In this document: in pieces, positions 1 through 9,349 of the stretch | How the letters are laid out: each line of letters starts with the position of its first letter | Numbering within the stretch: the stretch's first letter is position 1 | Origin: Gammaproteobacteria bacterium | GTDB lineage: Bacteria; Pseudomonadota; Gammaproteobacteria; SZUA-140 | Length of the DNA: 64,000 nucleotides | NCBI GenBank assembly: GCA_015488555.1 | Contig: WFNO01000122.1 | Location: 12,300-76,299, forward strand | Reading direction: 5' to 3' | Position numbers and translations under genes: made by a program | Notes under the pieces: generated by a model | Databases searched by the model: none | What the model saw: the letters and a program-made list of their open reading frames with translations, nothing else | What the model was told of the DNA's origin: nothing

Positions 1-1
1 G

Positions 2-46
2 CGCGCCGACGAAGGCTATGCCGCCTATGTGCCCCTCGATCAGTAG
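2..46 (+). CDS. 3' end of an unidentified CDS entering from the left edge (RADEGYAAYVPLDQ*)
   Basis: Open frame with GC3-rich codons ending TAG at 44-46; too short to identify. Confidence 0.35.
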   Translation, partial: RADEGYAAYVPLDQ

Positions 47-88
47 ATGTCCGCCACCATCACAGCATCGCTCCACTAGCACTAGCAG

Positions 89-231
89 CAGACTGTTGAA
101 ATTCTACCCACGCGGCGCGATCCGGTGTTGAAAATGGCCTCGAAATGCACATTCACTGTTTGTAAGCTGCGATGATTTCTCGACCATTTTCGCCTTGTCT
201 CGCACTCGCCTGAGCGAATTTCAATAGCCTG
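89..231. repeat. ~143-bp intergenic MITE/ERIC-like repeat, copy 1
   Basis: Terminal inverted repeats CAGACTGTTGAAATTC ... GAATTTCAATAGCCTG; body nearly identical to copies at 15396 and 57044. Confidence 0.9.
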
Positions 232-335
232 CCACAGGGCAGCTCGCCCCTGCTCAGCTCATACTCGACCGTCATGTATTCCACTGGACAGCCATCCTGA
301 ACGCAGGGCGCTGTTCAGCGGCTGTCAGCACCTCT

Positions 336-2864
336 TCAATGGATCTTGCGCCCGATCCCCCAGGGGGAACTACGCAACCAAGCCATGAGGTCCTGCACAG
401 ACAAAGGCTCGCTGAAATAATAGCCCTGAGCGGCGTCGCAATGGAGCCCCACCAGGAGCCGGTGGGTATTCTCGTCCTCCACCCCCTCTGCCACAACCTT
501 GAGCCCGATGTTGTGGGCCAGATCAATGGTGGAACGAACGATGACCGCATCGTTGTTGTCCACCGACATGCCGATAACGAAGGATTTATCGATCTTGATC
601 TCATCCACCGGCAACTGTTTCAGATAGGTCAAAGAGGAATAACCAGTGCCGAAATCGTCGATGGAGATGCGCACCCCCTGGGCGCTGAGCCGGTTGAGGA
701 TATCCAGGGCCCCTCCGGAGCCGGACATGATGGCTGTCTCCGTGATTTCGAGGCGCAGGCGCGCCGGATGGCCGGCCACCGCATCCATGATGCGGGCGAT
801 GTGCTCGGGAAAGTGTGCATCGTGAAGATTGTGCACGGAGAGATTGACGGCGATGCGCAGTTCGAGCCCCAGATCGAGCCATTCCTGGCTCTGCCGGGCA
901 GCTTCCTCCAAACCCCACAGGGTCAAGGGCCGGATGAGGCCGGTTTGCTCCGCCAAGGGAATGAAATCGTCCGGATACAGCATACCGTGCCGCGGATGAG
1001 GCCAGCGGGCCAAGGCCTCCACCCCCGTCACCCGCCCGCACTGCAGGTCCACCACCGGTTGATAATACAGCAATAAGTCTTTACGACTGATGGCCTCGTG
1101 GAGTTCGCGTTTGAGAGCCAGGTATTCCACGCTGTGTTGGTCCTGGGCGGTCTCGTACAGAGCGTAGCCATGACGCTTGCGCTTGGCGCTGTACATGGCC
1201 ACGTCGGCACAACGCAACAAAGTAGGGCCATCGCTACCGTGCAGAGGATAGAGAGCGATACCCACGCTGGCACCGAGGACAAAGGTCTGGCCCTCCAGCT
1301 CAATGGGTTGCTCCACTGCCTGGACGATCTTCTCTGCGATTCTTTCCGCCTGGGTCTGATCAGCAGTGGGCAGGAGGATGGCAAACTCATCACCGCCCAG
1401 CCGCGCCACGGTGTCGGAACCGCGTACCAGGGTGCGCATGCGCCGTGCCATCTCTTTGAGGATGAGATCCCCACAGTGGTGACCCAGAGTGTCGTTGATC
1501 TCCTTGAAGTGATCAAGATCCATCAACAACAGAGCCAAGGGCCTGTGGTTGCGCTGTGCCGCGCGGATGGCTTGATCCACGCGGTCTGCCAGCAAGGCCC
1601 GGTTGGGAAGACCGGTAAGCGCATCGTGCAGGGCCTGATACTCCAGGGCCTTGATCTGAGCCTTGAGTTCGGTGATGTCACGGATGATACCGATGAAACG
1701 GCGCGTCTGTCCCACCTGCATTTCGCTCAGGGCAATATCGATTGGAAATACCGTGCCGTCCTTACGCCGGCCTTCCGCCTCCCAACCAAATCGTGAAGGA
1801 CGCGATTCTTGCGCCTCCCGGTAACGACGCAGGTATTCATCGTACTCACTGCGATAGGGTTCAGGCATGAGCATTTTGACGTTGCGCCCTAGTAACTCCT
1901 CCTCGCGATAACCGAATAGGCGCGTCACAGCCAGGTTGATGGATTCGATGACGCCTTCTTCGTCAGTGGTGATGATGCCATCCGCCACGTTGTCCATCAC
2001 CGCTCGCACACGCACCTCGCTGCGAAACAGGCGTTGCTCCATGTCCTTGAACACTCGGCTTACCTGCCCCAGTTCGTCATTACGCTGTACCGGCAGGTCG
2101 GCACCGGCCTCTCCCTTGCCCAAACGGGTGAGTGCGTTTCGTAACTGGATGATGGGACGCACTACACTGAAGCGCAGCGCCAACCACAATACCAGTGCCA
2201 GGGTCAACACCAACACCACAGCAGCGGTCCACAGGTTGTATCGCATCGCCACGATCTGTTCCTGTACATCAGCCGTGGACAGACTCAGCTTGAGCACTCC
2301 GCGCCGGGGTGAAGGATCGTAACCGTGACAAGCCAGACAACGGACATCGCCCTCAATGGGCATGTAGAGCGTGATGGCCATGGCATCCTGTAGCAACCCA
2401 ACGTCGCCCTGCAAGGCTGTTTCGAAGGCCCGGTTGCGCGATTCCCGGCGGGGTGGCAGGATGGGTGCACGTTGAAAGAAATCACCGTTGCCATTCGCTG
2501 GGGGTAAGAGGTCATCCAAACGAGCGGCGGCTCCGGGGCGGGTGCGCAGATAGGCATTCACCGCCTGGACTGTCTCCAGATCCATAAAGGCCTCGGTACC
2601 GTCACGCCGCAGCACAGCGATGTCAAGCACCCCTTCCTCCCGCCGCATGCTGTCCAGCCACTTGCGCGCCAAAGTACCCTGGCCGCTGAGCATCAAGGTC
2701 CTCAAGCTGGCAAGCAGAGAACGGGCATGGACCTCGGCGTGGGCGACGCTTTCTTCTTGGAAAGAGCGGCTAAGCTGGCGTTCGATGAGCATGCCGGCCA
2801 CCAGCATCATCACGAACAGAACCACGGAGATCACGAAGGCGATGCGAGTTCCGAGGCTCTTCAT
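336..2864 (-). CDS. Membrane diguanylate cyclase/phosphodiesterase: periplasmic c-heme domain, HAMP, PAS, GGDEF, EAL
   Basis: Two TM helices flank a periplasmic domain with CLACH; HAMP (DELGQV); FixL-like PAS; RGSD I-site plus GGDEF; EAL and DDFGTGYSS intact. Start taken at ATG 2864 (MKSLG). Confidence 0.93.
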   Translation of the reverse strand: MKSLGTRIAFVISVVLFVMMLVAGMLIERQLSRSFQEESVAHAEVHARSLLASLRTLMLSGQGTLARKWLDSMRREEGVLDIAVLRRDGTEAFMDLETVQAVNAYLRTRPGAAARLDDLLPPANGNGDFFQRAPILPPRRESRNRAFETALQGDVGLLQDAMAITLYMPIEGDVRCLACHGYDPSPRRGVLKLSLSTADVQEQIVAMRYNLWTAAVVLVLTLALVLWLALRFSVVRPIIQLRNALTRLGKGEAGADLPVQRNDELGQVSRVFKDMEQRLFRSEVRVRAVMDNVADGIITTDEEGVIESINLAVTRLFGYREEELLGRNVKMLMPEPYRSEYDEYLRRYREAQESRPSRFGWEAEGRRKDGTVFPIDIALSEMQVGQTRRFIGIIRDITELKAQIKALEYQALHDALTGLPNRALLADRVDQAIRAAQRNHRPLALLLMDLDHFKEINDTLGHHCGDLILKEMARRMRTLVRGSDTVARLGGDEFAILLPTADQTQAERIAEKIVQAVEQPIELEGQTFVLGASVGIALYPLHGSDGPTLLRCADVAMYSAKRKRHGYALYETAQDQHSVEYLALKRELHEAISRKDLLLYYQPVVDLQCGRVTGVEALARWPHPRHGMLYPDDFIPLAEQTGLIRPLTLWGLEEAARQSQEWLDLGLELRIAVNLSVHNLHDAHFPEHIARIMDAVAGHPARLRLEITETAIMSGSGGALDILNRLSAQGVRISIDDFGTGYSSLTYLKQLPVDEIKIDKSFVIGMSVDNNDAVIVRSTIDLAHNIGLKVVAEGVEDENTHRLLVGLHCDAAQGYYFSEPLSVQDLMAWLRSSPWGIGRKIH

Positions 2865-2936
2865 GATGACAGCCCCGCGGACATGGCAGGCATGCACTCC
2901 TCTTTAATTTAGGTTGTTGTTCTTGTTGTCGCATGC

Positions 2937-2965
2937 AGTATAACAATACGCGAAAAGGGTACCAA
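2937..2965 (-). promoter_or_regulatory. Putative sigma70 promoter of the GGDEF/EAL gene
   Basis: TTGGTA-17 nt-TATACT with extended -10 TG on the minus strand, followed by an ACAACAAGAACAACAA leader. Confidence 0.55.
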
Positions 2966-3133
2966 TACGAATCCGCGAACACACACATCTGAGATCAGGG
3001 ATCACGAGTCAATAGAGGATTATACATTTGGAGTCGATGAAAAGTGTCGCCCTCTAAAGCACAGCAGGTCACTCGGAACGGCAAGCGCTTGGGCTGCACA
3101 ACACCAATGCCCAGCGCTGCAGCTGGAACCGAC

Positions 3134-4516
3134 TCAGGAGGAAGGTGTCATAGCCACCAGATCGGCACCCGGCAGCCAACCACTTTGCCGACTGACCTCG
3201 CGAACGGCGGCACCCGAAATGCGTGCCACACCACCGAAGCTCCCCACCCAAAGCGTCCCGTCGGGAGCCTTGGCCAGAGAAAACACGTTGTCGGCGAATA
3301 ACCCGTCGGCGGCGGTCAGCACGGTGAAGCGCCGGCCGTCTTCCTCCACCCGGGCCAGGCCCTTACTGGTACCCGCCCATAGCATACCGTCGCGGTCGAT
3401 GTGGAGCATGAAGATGTGGTTGGAAGGCAGGCCGTCGGCAGTGGTGAAGTTGCGCCAGTTGCGGCCATCGAAACGAGCCAACCCCGCTCCCCAGGTCCCG
3501 CACCATACCACTCCCCGGTGATCCACCGCCAGGGAAATGATGTAATTGGGGTTGTAGGCCACATCGATGTCCTGCATACCCTGCTCCGCCTTCAGGCGTG
3601 CATGATGTTGAGAGGCTCGAGCCGGATCGTTGGTAGATTGGATGTCGTCCTTCACCAATTCATAGGGCGCACCGAGGCCATCGCTGTGCTGCCAGTTCTG
3701 CCACTGGCCATCCTGGTAACGGGCCAGACCTTCTTCGGTGGCAAACCACACGGCCCCGTCCGGTCCCACCTCTACACCATAGACCCAGGGATTGGGCAGA
3801 CCGCCACCAGTGCTCTCCATCGTGAAGGTCTCCCAGTGCTCGGGATCGTCGAGCCGAGCGCCTCGGACCCGGTTGACCCCCGACCAGGTAGCGATCCACA
3901 AATCCCCTTCCGGCGTCAGAGCCGTGTCGTAGACGAACTGGTCGGCCAGCCCCTGGGGAATGTTGTAGTTACGCCAGCGATCCGTGTCGGGATCGTAAAC
4001 CGAAAGTCCACCTCCATAGGTCCCCACCAGGATCCGCCCGCCCACCTTACCGAGGTGAAAGATGCCATTGGAGAGGATGCCATCAAGGCGGTTGTCAAAG
4101 ACCTTGTGGGTGTCGTTGCGCGTGTCGTAGCGAATGACACCACCAGAGGTGGCAATCCACGTGTAGTCGCCATCCAGCAGAATGGCCTTGACATTGCGAT
4201 TCCCTACTCGGAAATGGGTGAAGGGATGACTTTCCCGCGCGGCAGGCAGACCGCGATCGATGGTAGCCGGCGTTCCAGGCAAGCGGGTAGCGGAGACGGG
4301 GGGACCGTCCAGGGGTGGATGATCGGGCGGCATTTGAGCTTGTAACTGTGTTGGGGCTCCAGCAACGGATGGGGTCGACACGGCCTCACCGCCACCTTGG
4401 GAAGCCTGCGCCGGCAAGGCCTCACGTGCCTGGCGCACACCCAATTGGTAACTGCCCACCACCAGGCCCGTGATCACCAGAATCAACAAGGCCCATCCCG
4501 TATGGCCGAGCTTCAT
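3134..4516 (-). CDS. Exported beta-propeller protein (two-component-regulator propeller repeats, no kinase)
   Basis: N-terminal TM helix, MPPDHPP motif, repeated LWxGT.GG and DGLxxNxV blades; start ATG 4516 (MKLGH) after GAGGGAGG. Confidence 0.85.
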   Translation of the reverse strand: MKLGHTGWALLILVITGLVVGSYQLGVRQAREALPAQASQGGGEAVSTPSVAGAPTQLQAQMPPDHPPLDGPPVSATRLPGTPATIDRGLPAARESHPFTHFRVGNRNVKAILLDGDYTWIATSGGVIRYDTRNDTHKVFDNRLDGILSNGIFHLGKVGGRILVGTYGGGLSVYDPDTDRWRNYNIPQGLADQFVYDTALTPEGDLWIATWSGVNRVRGARLDDPEHWETFTMESTGGGLPNPWVYGVEVGPDGAVWFATEEGLARYQDGQWQNWQHSDGLGAPYELVKDDIQSTNDPARASQHHARLKAEQGMQDIDVAYNPNYIISLAVDHRGVVWCGTWGAGLARFDGRNWRNFTTADGLPSNHIFMLHIDRDGMLWAGTSKGLARVEEDGRRFTVLTAADGLFADNVFSLAKAPDGTLWVGSFGGVARISGAAVREVSRQSGWLPGADLVAMTPSS

Positions 4517-4535
4517 CACCGATCCTCCCTCATGA

Positions 4536-5789
4536 TTATTGCGGCATGGGATTTGCCTGATTCGATCCCCCCTCCGCTGCCCGCTCAGCAGATGGGGAGG
4601 GTGCTTGGCCCAGGCGCGCCACTTCCCCACGCGTACCGATCCACACCTCGCCTGCGGGCGCCACAGCGATGGCATAGATATTCTCATCCAATAGGCCGTC
4701 GCGCTGTCCGTAGGTATGCCAGCTGCGACCATCGTAGCGCGACAACCCAGCATTGGTACCAAACCACAGCACCCCAGCCTCGTCTTGGGCGATGCTGTAG
4801 ACGATGTTGCCTGCCAACCCGTCTGCCCGTGTCAGGTTGCGCCAGCGGCGCCCGTCGAAATGGCTGACGCCGCCTCCCCAGGTGCCTGCCCACACGGTAT
4901 CATCCTGCGCCACCAGGATGCAAAACACATAATTGGGGTTGTAGGTAGGACGCCCCTGCGCGAGCACACTGAGATCGTGACGGGTACGGGTTCCCAAACC
5001 GGTATTGGAACTCAGCGGCAATCCTTCCTCGTTGGGAGCACCCAAACCGTCTTCATGGGTCCAGGCATGCCAACGCTGGCCATCGAACATGGACACACCT
5101 CCTTCGGTGGCGAACCACACCCGCCCATGGCGATCGACGTCCACGCCGTACACCCACTCGTTTACCAATTCGTCATAGTAGGTCTCGAAATGGGCCTGCT
5201 CCACATCCAAGCGGTTGGCCCCCGCCCACGTCCCGATCCACAGGATGCCCGGCTCGGCTTCAGCCAGGGCATAAACCCAATAATCGGCCAAGCCGTGCAT
5301 GGGAAAGAAGGTCCGCCACTGACCATCCTTGTAGCGAGACACCCCGCCACCATTGGTGCCGAACCACTTGTATCCCCGACTGTCCACCAGGATAGCGAAA
5401 ACGTACTCGTTGGCCAGCCCCTCCTTGCGAGTGAGCGTCCCTCGCAGTTCCCGAGTGGCCAGATCCACCTCGTGTACTCCCAGCGAGGTGCCCACCCACA
5501 GTGCTCCGCCTACGGGATCAACGGCCAGAGAACGCACATAGACTTGGTCGCCCACGCGGAAGGTCTCTAGGATGCGAGGGGGAGGTGGTACCGTCGGTGT
5601 CTGCACTGCCTCGTCGTCTTGGGTGGAGGTAGGCGCGGGGGTGGTTTGCCCGACATCGCTGCAGCCTACCAGCAATCCAGCGAGTATCGTCCAGACTAAT
5701 ATCGCCCAAGCCAGTATCAACCACCCGCGCAGCCAACAGGCTACCCGGCCGTGGCCACGGGTCCTGCACCCACGGGTCCTGCGCCTCAT
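4536..5789 (-). CDS. Beta-propeller lipoprotein, paralog of the adjacent gene
   Basis: Lipobox LLVGC; repeated WFGT.GG and GLA.xxV blades; shares HxDGLGAP...YNPNY with 3134..4516; start uncertain (5789 or 5807). Confidence 0.85.
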   Translation of the reverse strand: MRRRTRGCRTRGHGRVACWLRGWLILAWAILVWTILAGLLVGCSDVGQTTPAPTSTQDDEAVQTPTVPPPPRILETFRVGDQVYVRSLAVDPVGGALWVGTSLGVHEVDLATRELRGTLTRKEGLANEYVFAILVDSRGYKWFGTNGGGVSRYKDGQWRTFFPMHGLADYWVYALAEAEPGILWIGTWAGANRLDVEQAHFETYYDELVNEWVYGVDVDRHGRVWFATEGGVSMFDGQRWHAWTHEDGLGAPNEEGLPLSSNTGLGTRTRHDLSVLAQGRPTYNPNYVFCILVAQDDTVWAGTWGGGVSHFDGRRWRNLTRADGLAGNIVYSIAQDEAGVLWFGTNAGLSRYDGRSWHTYGQRDGLLDENIYAIAVAPAGEVWIGTRGEVARLGQAPSPSAERAAEGGSNQANPMPQ

Positions 5790-5822
5790 GCCCGCCCCTA
5801 CCACCAAAAGCTACTCAAGTAC

Positions 5823-6161
5823 TCAGCGCCGTAAAGTACGCAGATAGGCGATCACATCCAGCAGTTCTCGGTTCTGGAGTTGGGCACGGAAAGCAGGCAT
5901 CATACCTTTGCCATTACGCAACACTTCCACCAGCCGACTGTCGGGCTGCATCAGGCTCTCGCCACGTGAGAAGTCCGGTACCCCCGGCAACTGACCTTGG
6001 CCATGCGCACCATGACAATTCTGGCAGTGCTTGGCGTAGATGCGCTTGCCGTTGTCGATGTCCGCGGCCCAACTCCCGCCATTCCAGAACAGGATCAAAG
6101 CAATGATAGCGGCGAACCACATTCTGATCTTCCCATTGCTGTTCTTGAGATCGGTGTTCAC
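5823..6161 (-). CDS. Monoheme class I cytochrome c (c6/c553-like)
   Basis: Signal peptide, CQNCH, distal GMMPAF Met; GTG start at 6161 with G-rich SD. Confidence 0.9.
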   Translation of the reverse strand: MNTDLKNSNGKIRMWFAAIIALILFWNGGSWAADIDNGKRIYAKHCQNCHGAHGQGQLPGVPDFSRGESLMQPDSRLVEVLRNGKGMMPAFRAQLQNRELLDVIAYLRTLRR

Positions 6162-6262
6162 GTCTTTCCCCCCTCGGTATGCATTATGCGCCGCCTTGCA
6201 AACAAACGTCTGGCGTTCCATAGCCGGGACACCGCGCGTTCAGGCCACTATACAAAATGCCC

Positions 6263-6838
6263 CTACAAACGCGACAAGGCCTGCAGGTCTCCGGCCCAAG
6301 CTGCCTCCAGGGCCGCCACCACTTCCGGGCGGTCCCACTCCCGCTCTCCCAGTATACGACGTAACAGCTTGCCATGGGGATCGATGATGAACGTAATGGG
6401 ATAGGCTCGTACCTGCAAAATCTCGCGACTGATGCGCTGATCCTGGTCGATGTACTCGAAACGGGCATGGCGTACCGCGCGTTCGGCGAGGAATTCACGG
6501 GCGATGTCGATCTCGCTATCCACGGACAAGCCCAACACTGCGAATCGCTCGGGATCCAAACGAGCTGCCAGACGATCCAGACTAGGCAGCTCCGCCCGGC
6601 AGGGCGCACACCAAGTAGCCCAAAGATTGAGGATCACCAGCTTGCCGCGCCATTCACGTAGCGCCGTATGGCCGCCGTCGAAGCGCGGCAAGGCCAGCGC
6701 CGGAAAGGCACCGCCCTCCAATAGGCGATCGGGGGCAGCACGTTGTTCACAGGCAACCAGCACCAGCAGGGCCACCACCCCAACCAGCCACTTTCCCTCC
6801 CCATGCCCGATGCACTTTCGAAGATCTCCGGCACTCAT
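6263..6838 (-). CDS. TlpA/ResA-family thiol:disulfide oxidoreductase lipoprotein
   Basis: NLWATWCAPCRAE motif, YP cis-Pro loop, lipobox LVAC; start uncertain. Confidence 0.9.
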   Translation of the reverse strand: MSAGDLRKCIGHGEGKWLVGVVALLVLVACEQRAAPDRLLEGGAFPALALPRFDGGHTALREWRGKLVILNLWATWCAPCRAELPSLDRLAARLDPERFAVLGLSVDSEIDIAREFLAERAVRHARFEYIDQDQRISREILQVRAYPITFIIDPHGKLLRRILGEREWDRPEVVAALEAAWAGDLQALSRL

Positions 6839-6925
6839 TTCGGCATTCTCGAAAAGATCCGGTATCCGACAATGTGCCGCGCAACACTCTAACCTATCAA
6901 CACGCCTATCCAATACGGAGGACGC

Positions 6926-8215
6926 TCAGGGAATCACCTCGTCTATGACCACGCGCGCAGTCTGCGCCGCACTCACCACACCACTGCTGCCCTGGAGATC
7001 GCCGCTGCGGGGAATGGCATCGCCACTGCGAGAGATGCGGGCCACCACTTCCACTTGCGAGAACTGTGACAGGCTCATAGCAGGATCGATGGCATCTCCA
7101 TCGTCCAGGGTGAAATCGAGGGGCAGGTCCTTGACCTGAGCGCGAATCACCGCCAAGGGCATGGACGACCCGCCGAGGGCACGGGCGAAGACATAGACCG
7201 TGTCCTGCGGCGCGACTCGCTCCGCCAGCGCGGGATCCAGGGTCACCACTCCACTCACTTGCTGCAAGCCCATAGTAGTAGAGATCGGCGCACCATCCAT
7301 TCCTGCGCCCGGTGCCTGAGTAATCGCGCCGGTCGCGTTCGCAGCATCCTCACCTTCGCGGGCCGCCAACAAGGCCTTGGCCTCGGCGATATTGCGCTCC
7401 ATGCTGCGCGCCGCTTGGGAATTCGGGGGCACCAAGGCATAGAGTCGCTGCCAATATTCCAGGGCTTCCGGAAAATCAGCCCGCTCGTAGGCAGCGGTAC
7501 CTGCCAGCCACAGGGCCTTTTGGTTGTTGGGATCTAATTCCAATGCCCTGCGAATCAATTCCATGGGCCGCCCCTCCAAGGTCTCGCCGCTGGCCATGGC
7601 CAGCGCGTCGGCATAATCGGCCAACAACTGAGCGTCACTGCCATCCAGGCTCACGGCCTTCTCCATGGCGCGCAGCGCCTCGTCGAAACGCTGGAGGGCG
7701 ATATACGAGCGCCCCAACATCTTCCAACCCTCGGCATCGTTGGGATTCTCTTCCAGACGCCGGGCCAGTTGCGCCACCATGCCCTCGATCTGGGCAGCGA
7801 TGTCCTGCTGCGACATCTGACCGATCTGCTCGCGCACCGCTTGTTCTATATCCAGGGCACGCGGATTACCGATATAGAAATACAAACCACCGGCAAAGAG
7901 CGGCAGGAACAAGCCCAACAGCCAGGCAGTCTTGCGAGCGCCAGCGGTGGTCGGTGCTACTGTCATCCGTTCTTGTTCCGACACGTCCTCCAAGAGCCGG
8001 CTCTCCAGCTCCAAGCGTCCAGCCTCGTATTGATCGCGAGAGATGACATCGTTCTCCAGGTCGCGCTCCAACTCCACCATCTGGTCCCGATAGACCTGGA
8101 TGTTGAGTGCCTGCCGTTGGGGAGTATCATCGCTGCGACGCTGCAGTAGGGGGGGAATCACGAACACTAGGGCCGCCACCACCAGCAACACAACCACCAC
8201 CACGAAAAACGTCAT
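6926..8215 (-). CDS. ccmI: Cytochrome c biogenesis protein CcmI/CycH (TPR plus C-terminal Ig-like domain)
   Basis: N-terminal TM, YRDQMVELERD segment, GLYFYIGNP, TPRs; follows ccmH. Confidence 0.93.
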   Translation of the reverse strand: MTFFVVVVVLLVVAALVFVIPPLLQRRSDDTPQRQALNIQVYRDQMVELERDLENDVISRDQYEAGRLELESRLLEDVSEQERMTVAPTTAGARKTAWLLGLFLPLFAGGLYFYIGNPRALDIEQAVREQIGQMSQQDIAAQIEGMVAQLARRLEENPNDAEGWKMLGRSYIALQRFDEALRAMEKAVSLDGSDAQLLADYADALAMASGETLEGRPMELIRRALELDPNNQKALWLAGTAAYERADFPEALEYWQRLYALVPPNSQAARSMERNIAEAKALLAAREGEDAANATGAITQAPGAGMDGAPISTTMGLQQVSGVVTLDPALAERVAPQDTVYVFARALGGSSMPLAVIRAQVKDLPLDFTLDDGDAIDPAMSLSQFSQVEVVARISRSGDAIPRSGDLQGSSGVVSAAQTARVVIDEVIP

Positions 8216-8802
8216 ACTTTGTCTCCCTCGTCTGTGTGCCGAGTGTGCCCGCGACCAGGCTCACCACTACTGGAGTTGCCATCTATGCTCCCATCTTTGC
8301 CGGCAAGCAAGGCCTCCGCCCGGCGAACCTCCTCGGGAGAAAGGGCCTCCGCAGCGGCCACTTGGCGCCGGCGCTGCAGCGTGCGCACGAGAATAGCAGC
8401 GGCGATCAGCAACAATAGGAAGGGACCCACCCACAACAGGGCAGTGGTACCCTTTACCGGAGGGCGAAAGAGAATGAAGTCCCCGTAGCGCTGGACGAGG
8501 AAGTCCATGATTTCCTGATCGCTGCGTCCTTGCTCCATCAAGGTACGCATCACCTTGCGCACGTCTTTGGCAAAATCAGAATCAGATTCAGCAATGGCTT
8601 GTCCCTGGCACACCAGACACCGCAGCTCTTTGGAGAGAGCGGCCATACGAGCTTCGATGACGGGATCAGCCACCAACGGTTCGGCCTCTCCTGCCAGGGC
8701 ACCCGCGGGCAACCACGGCAGCGCCCACAAGGATATCAACAGGGGTAGAAACACAGCCCGCACGTTCCTCTGAAAAAACGCTGCCTTCCCTAATAAACTC
8801 AC
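8212..8802 (-). CDS. ccmH: Cytochrome c biogenesis protein CcmH/CycL
   Basis: LRCLVCQ motif, RYGDFI, LWVGP; start approximate (GTG 8802 or 8763). Confidence 0.93.
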   Translation of the reverse strand: MSLLGKAAFFQRNVRAVFLPLLISLWALPWLPAGALAGEAEPLVADPVIEARMAALSKELRCLVCQGQAIAESDSDFAKDVRKVMRTLMEQGRSDQEIMDFLVQRYGDFILFRPPVKGTTALLWVGPFLLLLIAAAILVRTLQRRRQVAAAEALSPEEVRRAEALLAGKDGSIDGNSSSGEPGRGHTRHTDEGDKV

Positions 8803-8812
8803 GCAAACAAAC

Positions 8813-9349
8813 TCACGAGGCCTGCAGCTCCCGCACCAGCGGGAGAATCCTGTTTTGCAGGGCATCGGGGGTGATAGGGCCAATCTGCTTGTAGCGGATG
8901 ATACCCTGCTTGTCGATGACATAGGTCTCCGGCACGCCGTACACGCCATAATCGAAGCCCACCTTACCATCCACGTCGTAGGCGCTGGCGACGTATGGGT
9001 CACCCAGCTCCTGCAACCAGCGGATGGCGTCCTCGCGGTGGTCTTTGTAGTTGAGGCCGTAGATGGGCACGATGCCCTGGCGCGACAGCTCTACCAGCAG
9101 GGGGTGCTCCTGGCGGCAGGCCACGCACCAGGAGGCCCAGACGTTCAACAGCCATACCTGTCCCCGCAAGTCGCGAGAAGAAAATTGTGCTGCAGCGTTG
9201 TGCAGGCGAGGCAGAGTGAACTCCGGCGCCGGTTTACCGATCAGCGGCGAAGGCACTTCCTGGGGATTGAGGAACAGGCCCCGCCCTAGAAACACCACCA
9301 GCACCCCGAAAACCACCAGGGGTACGAGATAGCGCAATGGCCGTTTCAT
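8813..9349 (-). CDS. ccmG: Thiol:disulfide interchange protein CcmG/DsbE
   Basis: WASWCVACRQEHP and GVYGVPET motifs. Confidence 0.96.
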   Translation of the reverse strand: MKRPLRYLVPLVVFGVLVVFLGRGLFLNPQEVPSPLIGKPAPEFTLPRLHNAAAQFSSRDLRGQVWLLNVWASWCVACRQEHPLLVELSRQGIVPIYGLNYKDHREDAIRWLQELGDPYVASAYDVDGKVGFDYGVYGVPETYVIDKQGIIRYKQIGPITPDALQNRILPLVRELQAS

